Positions 41,387-53,859 of a DNA stretch of 64,000 nt are shown here, piece by piece. Under the pieces are notes generated by a model, which was given only the letters and a program-made list of their open reading frames with translations, was not told where the DNA came from and searched no databases. The stretch is taken from NCBI GenBank assembly GCA_964016885.1, contig OZ024740.1, forward strand, positions 81,964,001-82,028,000. The letters are read 5' to 3'. Position 1 is the stretch's first letter; every line of letters begins with the position of its first letter. This DNA is from Eledone cirrhosa. Its lineage: Eukaryota. Both the position numbers and the translations under genes were made by a program.

Positions 41387-42620
41387 AATGGAAACCAGAA
41401 AGGCCATTTCGAAACTTGAGAAAACAACCAAGGGAGAATTTTCTCAGTCTCGACTCAACTCCAAACAACAAGTGCTCGTGTGTTTTCTCTAACATAACGT
41501 CTAACTTATGGAGACAATTAGAGGTGCCGTAAAAGGCACAATCCAGAATATCCAGGAAGAGTGGAGAAAATCAATTATACCAGCCAAAACGGAAAATAAA
41601 CATACACACTTCAATCGGAGTTTAAGGAGTATCAAGAACTGACAGAAGAAAAATTAAGTCGAAAGTGTGAAATCTGGAAAGGCGATCCCGAGGAAACGTT
41701 TGACATTAAAATCCAGAACAGTCTCGAAGGAAGGATGTCCCATCTGAAGAAAAATCTTTACTTCAGACAGAGCCGAAATATCTGATGTCTTCTTTTGTGG
41801 CTGGTGTTGATGCAGAGCATGTTAGCGCCATTCAGAAGAAGGAAAATAAAATTCACCATATGAAAATGAGAAAGAGAATGCAGGATGTAAAAGTCAAAAA
41901 GACGTCCGAGAAAGTACATTTTCAAAGTTCGCGCTCCAGCTTTGCTATTTGTGATGATGATGATAACATTTTCAAGTCACAACCGCCCCGAAAATCATTG
42001 TAAATGAAGCCGATTCTCGGCGCCAACCTTGTAGCGACTTGGGAACGGGAGAAATTATCAGTATAACAAGCAAGTGTTCCTTAGATCTCAATTGCAGAGA
42101 GTATTAGTTATGATGTGACTGTACTTTCGGTCTCCCAATCAACTGTTTATCGAGCAAAAATCAGTCAATGTGAGATGACAGTTCAGGAAATCATGTGATC
42201 CGCCTTCCCACCTGAAAACAGATCCAAGCTACTTCTCCATTAACATGGTGAATCATTACTATCGGCTGCCCGATCCAGCATATTTGAAAATCAAATTCCA
42301 GTTTTAGATAAGGAAAAGAAAAGGAGGAGCTCCTATGTGTTTCTATTGTTAGAACTTTGAAGCAGCTCAGAAAAGATCCTCTTGTGGCTGGTTTGCCACC
42401 ATCATCTTCTTGAACTGGCTTTGAAGAAATCATAGAGATCTTTTTCCTATCATTTGGCTTCAGTATCCCAATGTTGAAAATGTACCAGGAAAGTTAGAAT
42501 TATAATGATAATAAGAATTATCAAACTCTCCAAAAGATGGGAGAAAATAGTTGAATATCAACTCATTGTATTGCTTCCTGGTCATCATCCATGAGAAGAG
42601 GTGTGCAACTTTAAATATTA
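41387..42620 (+). pseudogene. Highly decayed DNA transposase, hAT (hATm-like) family
   Basis: fragments LSVSQSTVYRA, KLLLH*HG (cf. LHWDGK), EELLCV, LLWLVCHHHLLELAL (CxHH motif); many stops. Confidence 0.5.
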
Positions 42621-45600
42621 TTCGATTGATCTATAAATCGACATACATTGTTAGTCTTTTAACTAAAATAGGAACGTAATCGACATGCATTTATGGCGAA
42701 TTGTTTGCAAAATGGAACGCGCTAATGAATATACATGTCATAACTGCCCATCACATATTTGCCTTCACTCAGTCAAGAAGTGGCACGAAAACAAAGAGAA
42801 AATGATTCACTTTACGTTTCCTTATATTTCATTATACGTCATAATCAAATTAAGCATTTCTCTAATGATGAACATTAATTCTTATTGTTTGTCAGGTGTT
42901 TTAGGAAAATTGACTGAAGCAGGCTAGTGTGTGATATGTAGATACGAACCATGGTGCAAGGTATTCTATATTGATGGTACATATTTACATACGCATTCAT
43001 CCTTCAATATTTCCGATTAATGTTTTAGATTTCATTCGATGATCAATAGTCACAGCTATGTATTTCGGAGTGATGTGTTACGTTCTATTGCACTATTAAA
43101 AGTCGGTTTCGGACGGTTTGGAATGTAAGTTATTAACGAAATATAGATTCTAAGAATGCCAAAATAACGTGGCACAGGTGACAACCAATTCATACATTGT
43201 AAATGTTATTTTTGCGGTCGGTCATTGTTCGGGAGGCCATGATTTGACGGTGTTTTTCTTAGATTATTTAATGGAACCGTTTTGTTTTCGTTCAATTTAA
43301 CAACGATGGGTGTCGGAACATCTGAATAGCCACTCAGTATACGTGTGTAGAATATAGTATACATCTTTAAACAAATATTTTCAATAGATATTGCTGCATC
43401 AATCGAGATTTGTTTTTTCGGGTTTCATTCATGTTATACATGAATACTTCCATCGATTTCAGCCATACTGAAATTTGACATATTATTTCATAAACAATTA
43501 CAGCATTTCTACATACCCACACAATAGGAAATCGTCACTTATATATAGTAGGATGTATATTCTACAGATTAGAGTAGAGTATACAACGTGTGTGTCACAG
43601 TATCTTAGCATAGATTAGTGCCAGTGTATATGTATCAAAGATTGACCCTACAATTATTATCATTTTTGCGACTGATTCGGATATTTAATGTTTACGACCC
43701 GCAAATATAATTATTTTCACGGACATGAACGAAGGTGTAGAAGTAAGACCAATTGTAAGACCAATCAGACTAGTGAGTCAGTCAACATGATCAGTTGCGT
43801 AACATATCCAAATGACAAATTGAGAGGCTTCTTCCAATAAGTTAAAGAAATCAGAAAAATAAAGAAAAGACACAGGGCTACAGATAGTATAAAAGACGAC
43901 ATTAACAACTAGAGCAAGCCTTATATATCACGACCATGGTGCTGCCATATTTCTTTTCAAGTGAAACAACAGGTGGAGTTCATCCTTCTGAAATATTATG
44001 ATGGAAATAAATTTCAATTATTGAGGTGAAATAAATAATGTTATAAAATGTATTTGATATATATCATGCATCATGTAGAAGTCTTTAATGGGTGTTAAAT
44101 CCTATGCGATTCTTAGTAGAAAACCAATAAAAAAAATATTTGTGTGAAATTTGACAAATTGTTTTTGATAAGAAAAAGGCCCTTATCAGCACTGAAGATA
44201 TTCACATGAAAAGATTAAAAGACGAATAAAACATGTCTTAAAGCATTATTTTACATTCACACAAAATAAAAAGAAAACTCAAATTGATAAATTAATAGAT
44301 ATTCATCTTGATGTTTGTAGTTAATATAGATAGCGAATTCCTAAGTGACTATCAAGGGTGGCATTTAACACGATAATCGAATTTCAGAAACTTCGCAACA
44401 TCAGAGGAAATATGCGAAATTTGTTTGTTTCTCAATTGTGTTTTGAGTATTTAAATCGGATAGGAGCTTTTTTTAAATTATATAGGTTCTTCCTTTTTGA
44501 TATTTTACTTTATATTATTCCCCACAGAACGCACTAGTGGGAATATATTCTGTCAAAATTCAACACTATTTCACAAATATCAATTCCCCAAAAGGCTAGA
44601 CGTTTATTATTCGCTATGTGAAGGCATTTATAATCATAAGAAGTATTGTGTTAATATGAGTTTTTATATATATATATACCCCACGCACACGTACCCACAC
44701 ACAACCGTACACCACTAACTCTACACATCCTACCACCACTAAACCCCACTCACACCTGCATTCAACCCTTCCCCACCTCCCGTATACTAACACCCACTAA
44801 CACCTCCTTCTTCAAACTACACACACACCAGTACACCACACTCCCTCCATAGAACTACACACACCCTTCTCTCCCCGCTCCACCCACACCCTCGCTCCAC
44901 ACTCACTCATCCCACTAACACATCTACTAATACACACACCGACCCTCCTCACTCCAACTTTCACACCTACCCATCCTCGCCCCTTTACCATTCCACCGAC
45001 TGCTGCTATGCCCACTGACCACCTCCCAGCACAAACAGACACACAGCACTCCCACCGCTTGACCACTTCCTGTTGCGTGCGCACCCCACATCTCTCCTCT
45101 TCCGACCATCTCTTCATGGAATACTCGTATGCGGAACTTGACCACCACAGAATCCACTAAACATCATAGGAACTTACCAACTTTTCAACCATCCTCTTAC
45201 GGAATCACCTATATAACTCACCCACACACACACACCCCAAAAAATGTGTTTCTCCCACACGCCACCTACACCCACAACACGCTTAACCCCCCCCCCCACA
45301 CACACGTGCTCTCCACCACATATTTACACCCTCAGCCTCCTGATTCCTCTCCCCCCACTCCTCTATCCACACACGCACAGACACTCCGACCTACAACTCC
45401 TCCACACACACCTCTTCCTGAACATGCAAACCCGTTCTTCGCCCAACCCTTACTTTCACATACACACACACACACACACACACGTACACCTACACACACA
45501 CACCACCTTCAACCCTCCCCGCTCGGACACCCCGTCTCCATCTCCCCACTCCACCCGCCACCACCCCTACACACCTCACACCCTTCCACCACCTGTTTTA

Positions 45601-45780
45601 CCCCTTTTTAATTTCAGTTTATTTTGATCATGCTTTTATATTTAATTTTATTTCATTCCTTGTATTTTGATCATGCTTTATTTTTACTTTTATTTTTAAT
45701 TTCATTCCCATCGTTTCCTTTCGCTATATGTCTCTCCACCACTCCCCTACACACCCTTTGAACTCTGTTCCCACACACTC

Positions 45781-45816
45781 CTCACCTGAGGAAGGGCTGA
45801 TGCCCGAAACGTCGTT
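45781..45816 (+). ncRNA. HHR-like motif, upstream pLTR
   Basis: CTGAGGA-A-GGGC(TGAT)GCCC-GAAA-CGTC. Confidence 0.6.
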
Positions 45817-46331
45817 CCCCACCACCACCCCACTCTCCAGAGCGTGAAATTAATAAACACTCGTTGTACTGCCTCTCTGTTTTGTTCCTGTTCAAATTTT
45901 TCCATTATATATAATACACGTTCACACGGCTTCCATTCCTTTGGAACATAACTTAACTACCGGCTCAACCCCGATCTAATCCGCCGTGACCATTCTCCGA
46001 ACTTTACACACCTTCCCACACTTGGTCTTTCCTTCCACGCATTACCTTTATTTGATTTTGTTACTGTACTTGTTTATTTCCGTATATGATTCTTTGCCTG
46101 TGTTCTTACAATTTTATTTCTATGATTTTTTGTTCATGATTGCCTGTGTTTTTACCTTTATGATTTTTTGTCTTTAATTTTCCTTTGTATACTCCCCCCT
46201 CCTTACGTTTTTCGGTTTCATTTTCCCTTCCCCGTCTCTGCCTATCCTTCGCACTCACTCCTTCGTTCACTCCACCCCGCTTCACACCCCTGCTTTCTCA
46301 TCCCTCCCCCTGCTTTCACCCAACGCCCACC

Positions 46332-49100
46332 ATGCCCAGCCTGAGATCCTTTCTCCACCAACTACATAATCGCCTCAAACTTTTCCTCACCCCCCTCCTC
46401 CCACCCTGCTATCTCCCCTCTGCCTTTCAACTCTCCTACCTTCTCTTCGCCAAAACAAGGCACTCCAGCCACATCCATTTCCTCAGCCACTGCCTCCGCC
46501 TCCACCTTATCCCCTTCGGCTTCCGTCTACACTTCCACCCTTCCCCCGCCGCTTCCCCCTCCACGCAACGTATCCTCACCCGATCCTCACGCCTCCTGAT
46601 GCGCAACTCCATCCGCGCCTCCCGTTCCACCCTCCGCCAACTTGACCACCAACTGACCCCCACCCTCCTCCGCCTTAACTCCACCTGCCACCCCTTCCTC
46701 GCCCAAGCCATCCTCTCCTTCATCCAAAACCACAACCTCTTCTCCTTCCTCAGCTCCACCAAAGCCCGCAAGCTACACTCACTCCTCCCAACCACACCCA
46801 TCCACCACCACCCGCCCATCCCCATACGCCCACCACTCTCCACCTCTCTCTCGACCCACACCTCTACCCAATCTCCACCCTCCACCTCACCCCTCACCAC
46901 ACCTTCCCTTCCCCCCCACACACCCAAACCCCACTACTTGTTGTCACCATACCCCCTGACCTCCCCCTCTCCGCACCTGAGCGCTCACTCCTTACTAGAG
47001 GCCTTCGCTTCATACCCCACACTCTGCACAGCGACGAGTTCCGCAGCCGAACGGAAGTCGAGCGATTCGTGCGACGCACTAAGCTACAGGCACATTTCGG
47101 CCGAACGCCACGGGCTCCGGACGCCCCAGACCCGTTTCTCGCCCTGGGCCGACGACCATCTTCTTGGACGCCGGCCCCAGGGCAATTTAGCACCCTGGAC
47201 GCCTTCGTCGATGCCAGCCGTAGTGCAGTAAATCGTTTCGACTTCCGCCACTGTTCCAAACGGTACAATATCTCAGAGGGCGAACTCCTCGCTCTCCGCT
47301 CCCTCCGTAGCCGAGATGACATCGTCATCAAACCGGCGGACAAGGGAGGCGCCGTGGTGATGTGGCGCGCGGACCTCTACACGGCCGAAGACCTCAGGCA
47401 GCTCTGTAAACCCCATTTCTACTGCCCTCTACCCTCCGATCCCACCCCCCCCCCTCTACCAACAACAAGTCTCCTCCACCATCCAAGACCTTATCGCCTC
47501 CACCCTCATCCCCCCCCCAAGGCTTCCCACCTCATCGTCTGCACCCCACGTAACCGCACCATCTACTTCCTCCCCAAACTCCACAAACCCGACAACCCCG
47601 GCCGACCCACCGTCTCCGCTTGCAACTGCCCCACCGAACTCATCTCCGCCTTTCTCGACTCCATCCTCTCCCCCCCACTTGTCACCACCCTCCCCTCCCA
47701 CATCTCTGACACCAACCACGCCCTGCGCCTTTTCGACTCCTTCACCTACCCACCCGGCCCACAGCCCTTCCTCTTCACCCTAGACATCAAGTCCCTCTAT
47801 ACAGTCATCCCCCACGCCGACGGCCTACGCGCCCTCAAACACTACCTCGACCTTCGCCCCTCCCCCATTCCCTCCACCCCCACCCTCCTTCGCTTCGGCG
47901 AGCTGGTCCTCACACTCAATTGTTTCTCCTTCTCGGGTGAGTTTTACCAACAGGTCACGGGGGTAGCCATGGGTACAAGAATGGGCCCGAACTATGCCAA
48001 CCTTTTTGTTGGCCATGTTGAGGCCCAAATCTTTGCCCAGTACACCGGCCCCACGCCCGAACTGTACGGTTGTTACATTGACGACTGTATCGGAGCCACG
48101 AACCTCACCCGAGAACAGCTCGACTCCTTTCTCTCCTTCTTCTGCTCCTTCCACCCCTCCCTCCACTTCACCACCTCTATCTCCACCACCCACGTCCACT
48201 TCTTAGACATCTCCGTCGCTTTCAACCCCTCCCATCACTCCCTCGTCACGTCCGCCTTCTTCAAACGCACCGACTCCCACTCTTACCTCCACTTCACCTC
48301 TTCCCACCCCACCCACACTAAACACTCCATTCCCTACTCCCAACTCCTCAGGATCCGCCGCCTCCTGTAGCCATGATGCTGACTTCGAGTCCCAGGCCCT
48401 TTCCCTGGTCAGCCATTTCATCCGCAGAGGTTACCCCCCTCTCTCGTCCACACCGCTCTCACCCGCGTCCGTGCTGTCCACCGCTCCACCACCCTCACCC
48501 CACGCCACGGCACACGCACCCACCGTCTCCCCTTCCCCATCACCTACCACCCCTCCACCTTACCCCTCCACCGCACCTCCGCCGCCTCTTCCGACGCCTC
48601 CAGTCCGACCCCTGCACCTCCCACATCTTCCCACCCCCACCACTCCCCTCCTTCAAACGCGCACGCAATCTCCGCACCCTCTTCGTCCACAGCTCCCTAC
48701 CCCCCAACCCACGCTCTGTTTCCCCCCCCGGTTCCTTTCCCTGTTCTAGACCCCGCTGCAATACCTGTCCCCACATCACCAACACCACCACCTTCCAGGG
48801 TCACAACGGCCACTCTCTCTCTGTCCGGCATGCCTTCCGCTACACCTTCTCCAACCTAGCCTCTGTCCGACATATGTCGGACAGACGGGACGTCGCCTGG
48901 CGGACCGATTCATTGAGCACCTCCGGGATATTCGTCTCGGTGGTAGTTCCCCCATCGCCCGCCACTTTGGTGCCCCTGGACATTCCGCACGCCATCTCAC
49001 AGTCTGTGGCCTACTCCAATGCCACGGAACTCCCGCTAATCGCCTTAGAGTCGAACAAAGAACTATCTTCATCTTACAGACCCACACTCCCCCGGCCTGA
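46332..49100 (+). pseudogene. PLE ORF (N-terminal region, RT, Cys linker, GIY-YIG), frameshifted
   Basis: CACCATG start; FLSHCLRLHLIPFG; KPADKG; YFLPKLHK; LDIKSLYT; YIDD; PCSRPRCNTC; YVGQTGRRL..R..EH. Confidence 0.88.
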
Positions 49101-50291
49101 ACTCCCCACCCTTATTCCTTTAGCCTTCGACCGCCCCCCTCCCCCACACTTATTCCCCACAACACCACTAACACACCCCTCCTTTTCACCGCCCAGCCCC
49201 ACAACTAACAATACTAACACCTCCACTCCACTCCACCCTTTATCCGACCACCCTTCCCCAACTAACATACTAACATCCCTCCCTTCTTCCCCTCCTCCCC
49301 CTCCTTATCACACGCACACACCCACCGGCACATATATACACGCGCTCACACTAAACACACAGCCTACAACCACCACTAACCCTCACCACCACACCTCCAT
49401 CCCACCACCCCACAACTAACCTCACTAACACCCCTGACCCCAAGCACACGAACACACGCACCCACTTATACCACCCACCCCACACGCAACTAACATCACT
49501 AACACACCCCCAACCCCACGCACACGTACCCACACACCCCCGTACACCACCAACTCTACACATCTTACCACCACTAACCCCCACTCACACCTGCATTCAA
49601 CCCTTCCCCACCTCCCGTATACTAACACTCACAAACACCCCCTTCTTCAAACTACACACACACCAGTACACCACACTCCCTCCATAGAACTACACACACC
49701 CTTCTCTCCCCGCTCCACCCACATCCACGCTCCACACTCACTCATCCCACTAATACCTCTACTAATACACACACACACCCTCCTCACTCCAACTTTCACA
49801 CCTATCCATCCTCGTCCCTTTACCATTCCACCGACTGCTGCTATGCCCACTGAACACCTCCCAGCACAAACAGACACACAGCACTCCCACCGCTTTACCA
49901 CTTCCTGTTGCGCGCGCACCCCACATCTCTCCTCTTCCGGCCATCTCTTCATGGAATACTCGTATGCGGAACTTGACCACCACAGAATCTACTAAACATC
50001 ATAGGAACTTACCAACTTTTCAACCATCCTCTTCCGGAATCACCTATATAACTCACCCACACACACACACACCCAAAAAACATTTTTATGCCACACGCCA
50101 CCTACACCCACAACACGCTTAAACCCCCCACACACACACGTGCTTTCCACCACATAATTACACCCTCAGCCTCCTGATTCCTCTCCCCCCACTCCACTCC
50201 TCTATCCACACACGCACAGACACTCCGACCTACAACCCCCCCACACATACCTCTTCCTGAACATGCAACCCCGTTCTTCGCCCAACCCTTA

Positions 50292-50330
<39 letters not shown>

Positions 50331-50625
50331 ACACCTACACACACACACCACCTTCAGCCCTCCCCGCTCGGACACCTCGTCTCCCTCTCTCCACTCCACC
50401 CGCCACCAACCCTACACACCTCACACCCTTCCACCACCTGTTTTACCCCTTTTTAATTTCAGTTTATTTTGATCATGCTTTTATATTTAATTTTATTTCA
50501 TTCCTTGTATTTTGATCATGCTTTATTTTTACTTTTATTTTTAATTTCATTCCCACCGTTTCCTTTCGCTATATGTCTCTCCACCACTCCCCTACATACC
50601 CTTTGAACTCTGTTCCCACACACTC

Positions 50626-50661
50626 CTCACCTGAGGAAGGGCTGATGCCCGAAACGTCGTT
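50626..50661 (+). ncRNA. HHR-like motif, downstream pLTR
   Basis: identical to the 45781 motif. Confidence 0.6.
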
Positions 50662-50748
50662 CCCCACCACCACACCACTCTCCAGAGCGTGAAATTAATA
50701 AACACTCGTTGTACTGCCTCTCTGTTTTGTTCCTGTTCAAATTTTTCC

Positions 50749-50798
<50 letters not shown>

Positions 50799-50894
50799 AG
50801 TGCGTGTGTTAAAGGTAAACAGAAATAACAACACAATCGGTACAGTATATGGAAGATATATATTAGGTTAACGCTTGATGTAGCAGGAAGAGTG

Positions 50895-50930
50895 TCTTAA
50901 TCTTTCGGACGCTAGTCCTTCATCAGAAGA
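50895..50930 (-). ncRNA. Minimal HHR in a pLTR fragment of another PLE family
   Basis: TCTT-CTGATGA-A-GGAC(TAGC)GTCC-GAAA-GA-TT-AAGA. Confidence 0.7.
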
Positions 50931-51241
50931 AAGAATGATAAATACAATAGATTGAGGGGACAGGCGGGATGGAATTGGGAAAAATGTGTTCATATAAAAA
51001 TAACAGGTCCATTCATGTTGACATCTCTTGCAAAATTGTTGGTGCTGGCGTTTTGTGTATGATTTGTTTTTTAGAATAGTGGATGATGGAGCGCATCTAC
51101 TTGAAATGGAAAAAAAACCGTTTTGTAAAAGAGCTATACTTGAGCACGTGCGTAAGCATGTGCGTATGTGTGTGTGTGTGTTCGTGTGTGTGTGTTTTAT
51201 TATAGGTCAGTACGAAGCTAAGATAAAATGTTTAATATTAT

Positions 51242-51555
51242 TTAACACTTTATCCACTTAGAGTTGTCGAAAAGTAGGACTGTCTTCCTGGCGTGGAGAA
51301 TAATATTTCTTTCCTGCTCAGTGATGGGTGTGAGTGTTTCGGCAAAGTCCAAGGCGGCCGTAAGGAGCGGTAAGGTAATAGATGCATAGTAACTCTCTAT
51401 GTCAAACTGGATGACTTTTGTGTCTCGTTTGTCCTTCATATTCCTGAACCATTAGATTACTTCGTGGGTGCTGACCCATAGGTAAAGTGTCACGTTTTGC
51501 ATAACTTTTGATATAATTCGGTCTAGGCTCTTAGACCGAGCTATACCAATTTGGA
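51242..51555 (-). mobile_element. PLE RT fragment
   Basis: IQFDIESYYASIT..ALDFA..IILHARKTVLLFDN..W. Confidence 0.75.
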
Positions 51556-51599
51556 TAAAACGAAAATTATACACGATAAAAGTAAACAAATGAGCTCCG

Positions 51600-52175
51600 C
51601 ACAACATATCTAAACGTTTAAATTAACTAAAACGTTTGAAAGCCTGAAGGTATTTCAGATCTCAAATTTAGAAAATTCAAGACATAAAATGAGGATTTTA
51701 AAACCAAACTAAAGGTATTTAGTCAATCAAGATATTAACTTACTATATAAAAGAACCGATATGCATTACCTAAGGTGAGCTAAAACATTTTACATAATAC
51801 TAATAAAAACAAGAATTATTAATAAAAGTCAATATCTGTTCTCACTCACTCAATGTTTTTTCCTAAATTTATATGATGCGTGAAATGTTTTTGTAGATTT
51901 TATGGAAGCAATTTGAAAATAACTCACTTTTTTTATTAATTAAATTACCATAATTAGCAATTATTAATAGAGTCCCTAAATTGCAAAGATAGCAGTTTGG
52001 TGAAATGGAATCGTTCCGATAGGATTCAGAGTTTCTAAGCTTAACCCAACAGATTGAGTATTTCATATTTTTCTCTTTTAAAGACCATATTAATTGTGAT
52101 AATGAAGTAGACAATTTTTTATCTGGATTAGAAAAAGAATGATTATGATTGGAAAAGCGAAGTTTAAAGTTCGAT
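51600..52175 (-). mobile_element. PLE GIY-YIG C-terminus and 3' region
   Basis: STSLSQLIWSLKE..CYLCNL..LINKKSELFSNCFHK. Confidence 0.7.
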
Positions 52176-52970
52176 TTTAGGAAAAATCCATATAAAGGCC
52201 AGGAATACCTTACAAGCCTGAGAGAAAAAAATTATTGATATAAAAGAAAGTATATAAACAAAGTAAATAAAATATTAGTGAAATCAGACAAAACCAGCAA
52301 ATTATATGGGATAGAAAACACAAATTATAAGGACTTAATTTTAAAAGAATTGAGAAAGTGTTATAGAAAAGCCCCGGCTGAAGATCTAGTGTATACCAAT
52401 AATGATGCTTTTGAAATAATCACCAATCTCGGAATTAAAAGGAGGACCGAACCTTTCATACCAAGGCAACCGCGGATAGATTTTAAAGACCATAAAGGAA
52501 ATTTCGAAGAGGACTTGCCTGTTAGACTTATCGCACCTTCGAAGTCAGACATTGGAATAATTAGTAAAAACATAATAGATAGGATTTTGCCAACATTAAA
52601 ATTGAGGTCAAGGATTAACTTATGGAAGGGTACTAGTGAAGTTCTAGATTGGTTTAATGAACATTAAACATAAGAAAAACCATAAATTCATTCAAATGGA
52701 CATAGTGAGTTACTATTCCTCAATAACTCCTAACATTTTGAATAAGGTAATTTCATACGCATATAAACACACTGATCTATCTAGTGAGGAGATTAATATT
52801 ATTTTAACGGCTAGGTGAACCATGATTGATTTTAATAATGATTTTTGGACTCGTTCGGATAGGCAGAAACATTTCGATATTACTATGGGATCGTCCGATT
52901 CCGCGCATGTTACCGATCTTCTGGGAATGTTCATCCTTAATATGATAAATATAACGTTGCGCCCTTATAA
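52176..52970 (+). mobile_element. PLE RT N-terminal fragment, inverted relative to the adjacent EN fragment
   Basis: KSDKT..Y, KDHK.NF..VRLIAPSKSDIG.ISK, FIQMDIV.YY.SIT, FDITMGSSDSA..DLLG. Confidence 0.8.
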
Positions 52971-53018
52971 TATATGTCTGTATGTCTGGCTGCATGCATT
53001 ACGACATTATGATGTAGC

Positions 53019-53089
<71 letters not shown>

Positions 53090-53100
<11 letters not shown>

Positions 53101-53169
53101 GTGTGTGAATATATATATCTATATATCTATATATAGTGTGTGAATATATATATATGTATATATAGTGTG

Positions 53170-53214
<45 letters not shown>

Positions 53215-53248
53215 TGTGAATATATATATATGTATATATAGTGTGTGA

Positions 53249-53281
<33 letters not shown>

Positions 53282-53317
53282 GTGTGTGAATATATATATA
53301 TATGTATATATAGTGTG

Positions 53318-53359
<42 letters not shown>

Positions 53360-53413
53360 GTGTGTGCATATATATATATATATGTATATATAGTGTGTGA
53401 ATATATATATATA
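53090..53413. repeat. Compound minisatellite [TATATAGTGTGTGAA(TA)nTG], about 8 units
   Basis: direct read. Confidence 0.85.
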
Positions 53414-53859
53414 TTATGTGTAACGTTTTTCGAAATATTTACTTCTGCGTTCACAGATTGATTTCTTTAGTTTCAGAAGATCCCGTTAAGGGTGAAAGCA
53501 ACGAAATACAAACAATTGTAAAATTATCAAATGAATTATAATAAAACAAAATCCCTTGACATAGATAAATTTCTTTATTAGCCACAAGGGCACAAAAGAA
53601 GGGGACAAATACAAATGGAGAGTTTACATACAGGTATATGAAAATAAAACTATTAATAAAATAACAAATAACAATTGAAATCCCCACTAGGGGGGAGGCG
53701 TTACACAGGGGTTGTACACGCCCCGAAAAAATGTACAACCCTCATATCCAGGAGCACCAAGAGTGAGTACTCCCTTCCTCTTTTCCTCTTTTTCCTGAAC
53801 CTACAGGCTTATAGAGAGAGAAGGCTCAACCACTCGGGCCCGCTTTGCAACATTCACCC

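Larger units (their letters stand above)
44678..50751 (+). mobile_element. Near-complete Neptune-type PLE with upstream tandem pLTR
   Basis: 44678-45907 is a direct repeat of 49513-50751; ORF in between; (TA)n on both flanks. Confidence 0.92.

Noticed and set aside
44812-45157. Antisense ORFs recurring in the pLTR copies (also 49647-49983 and 26609-26941)
   Set aside because: Recurrence follows from the DNA repeat; G/T-rich strands lack stops; frames differ between copies
53090-53413. CRISPR-like repeat/spacer appearance
   Set aside because: Spacers are plain (TA)n; eukaryotic context; no cas genes
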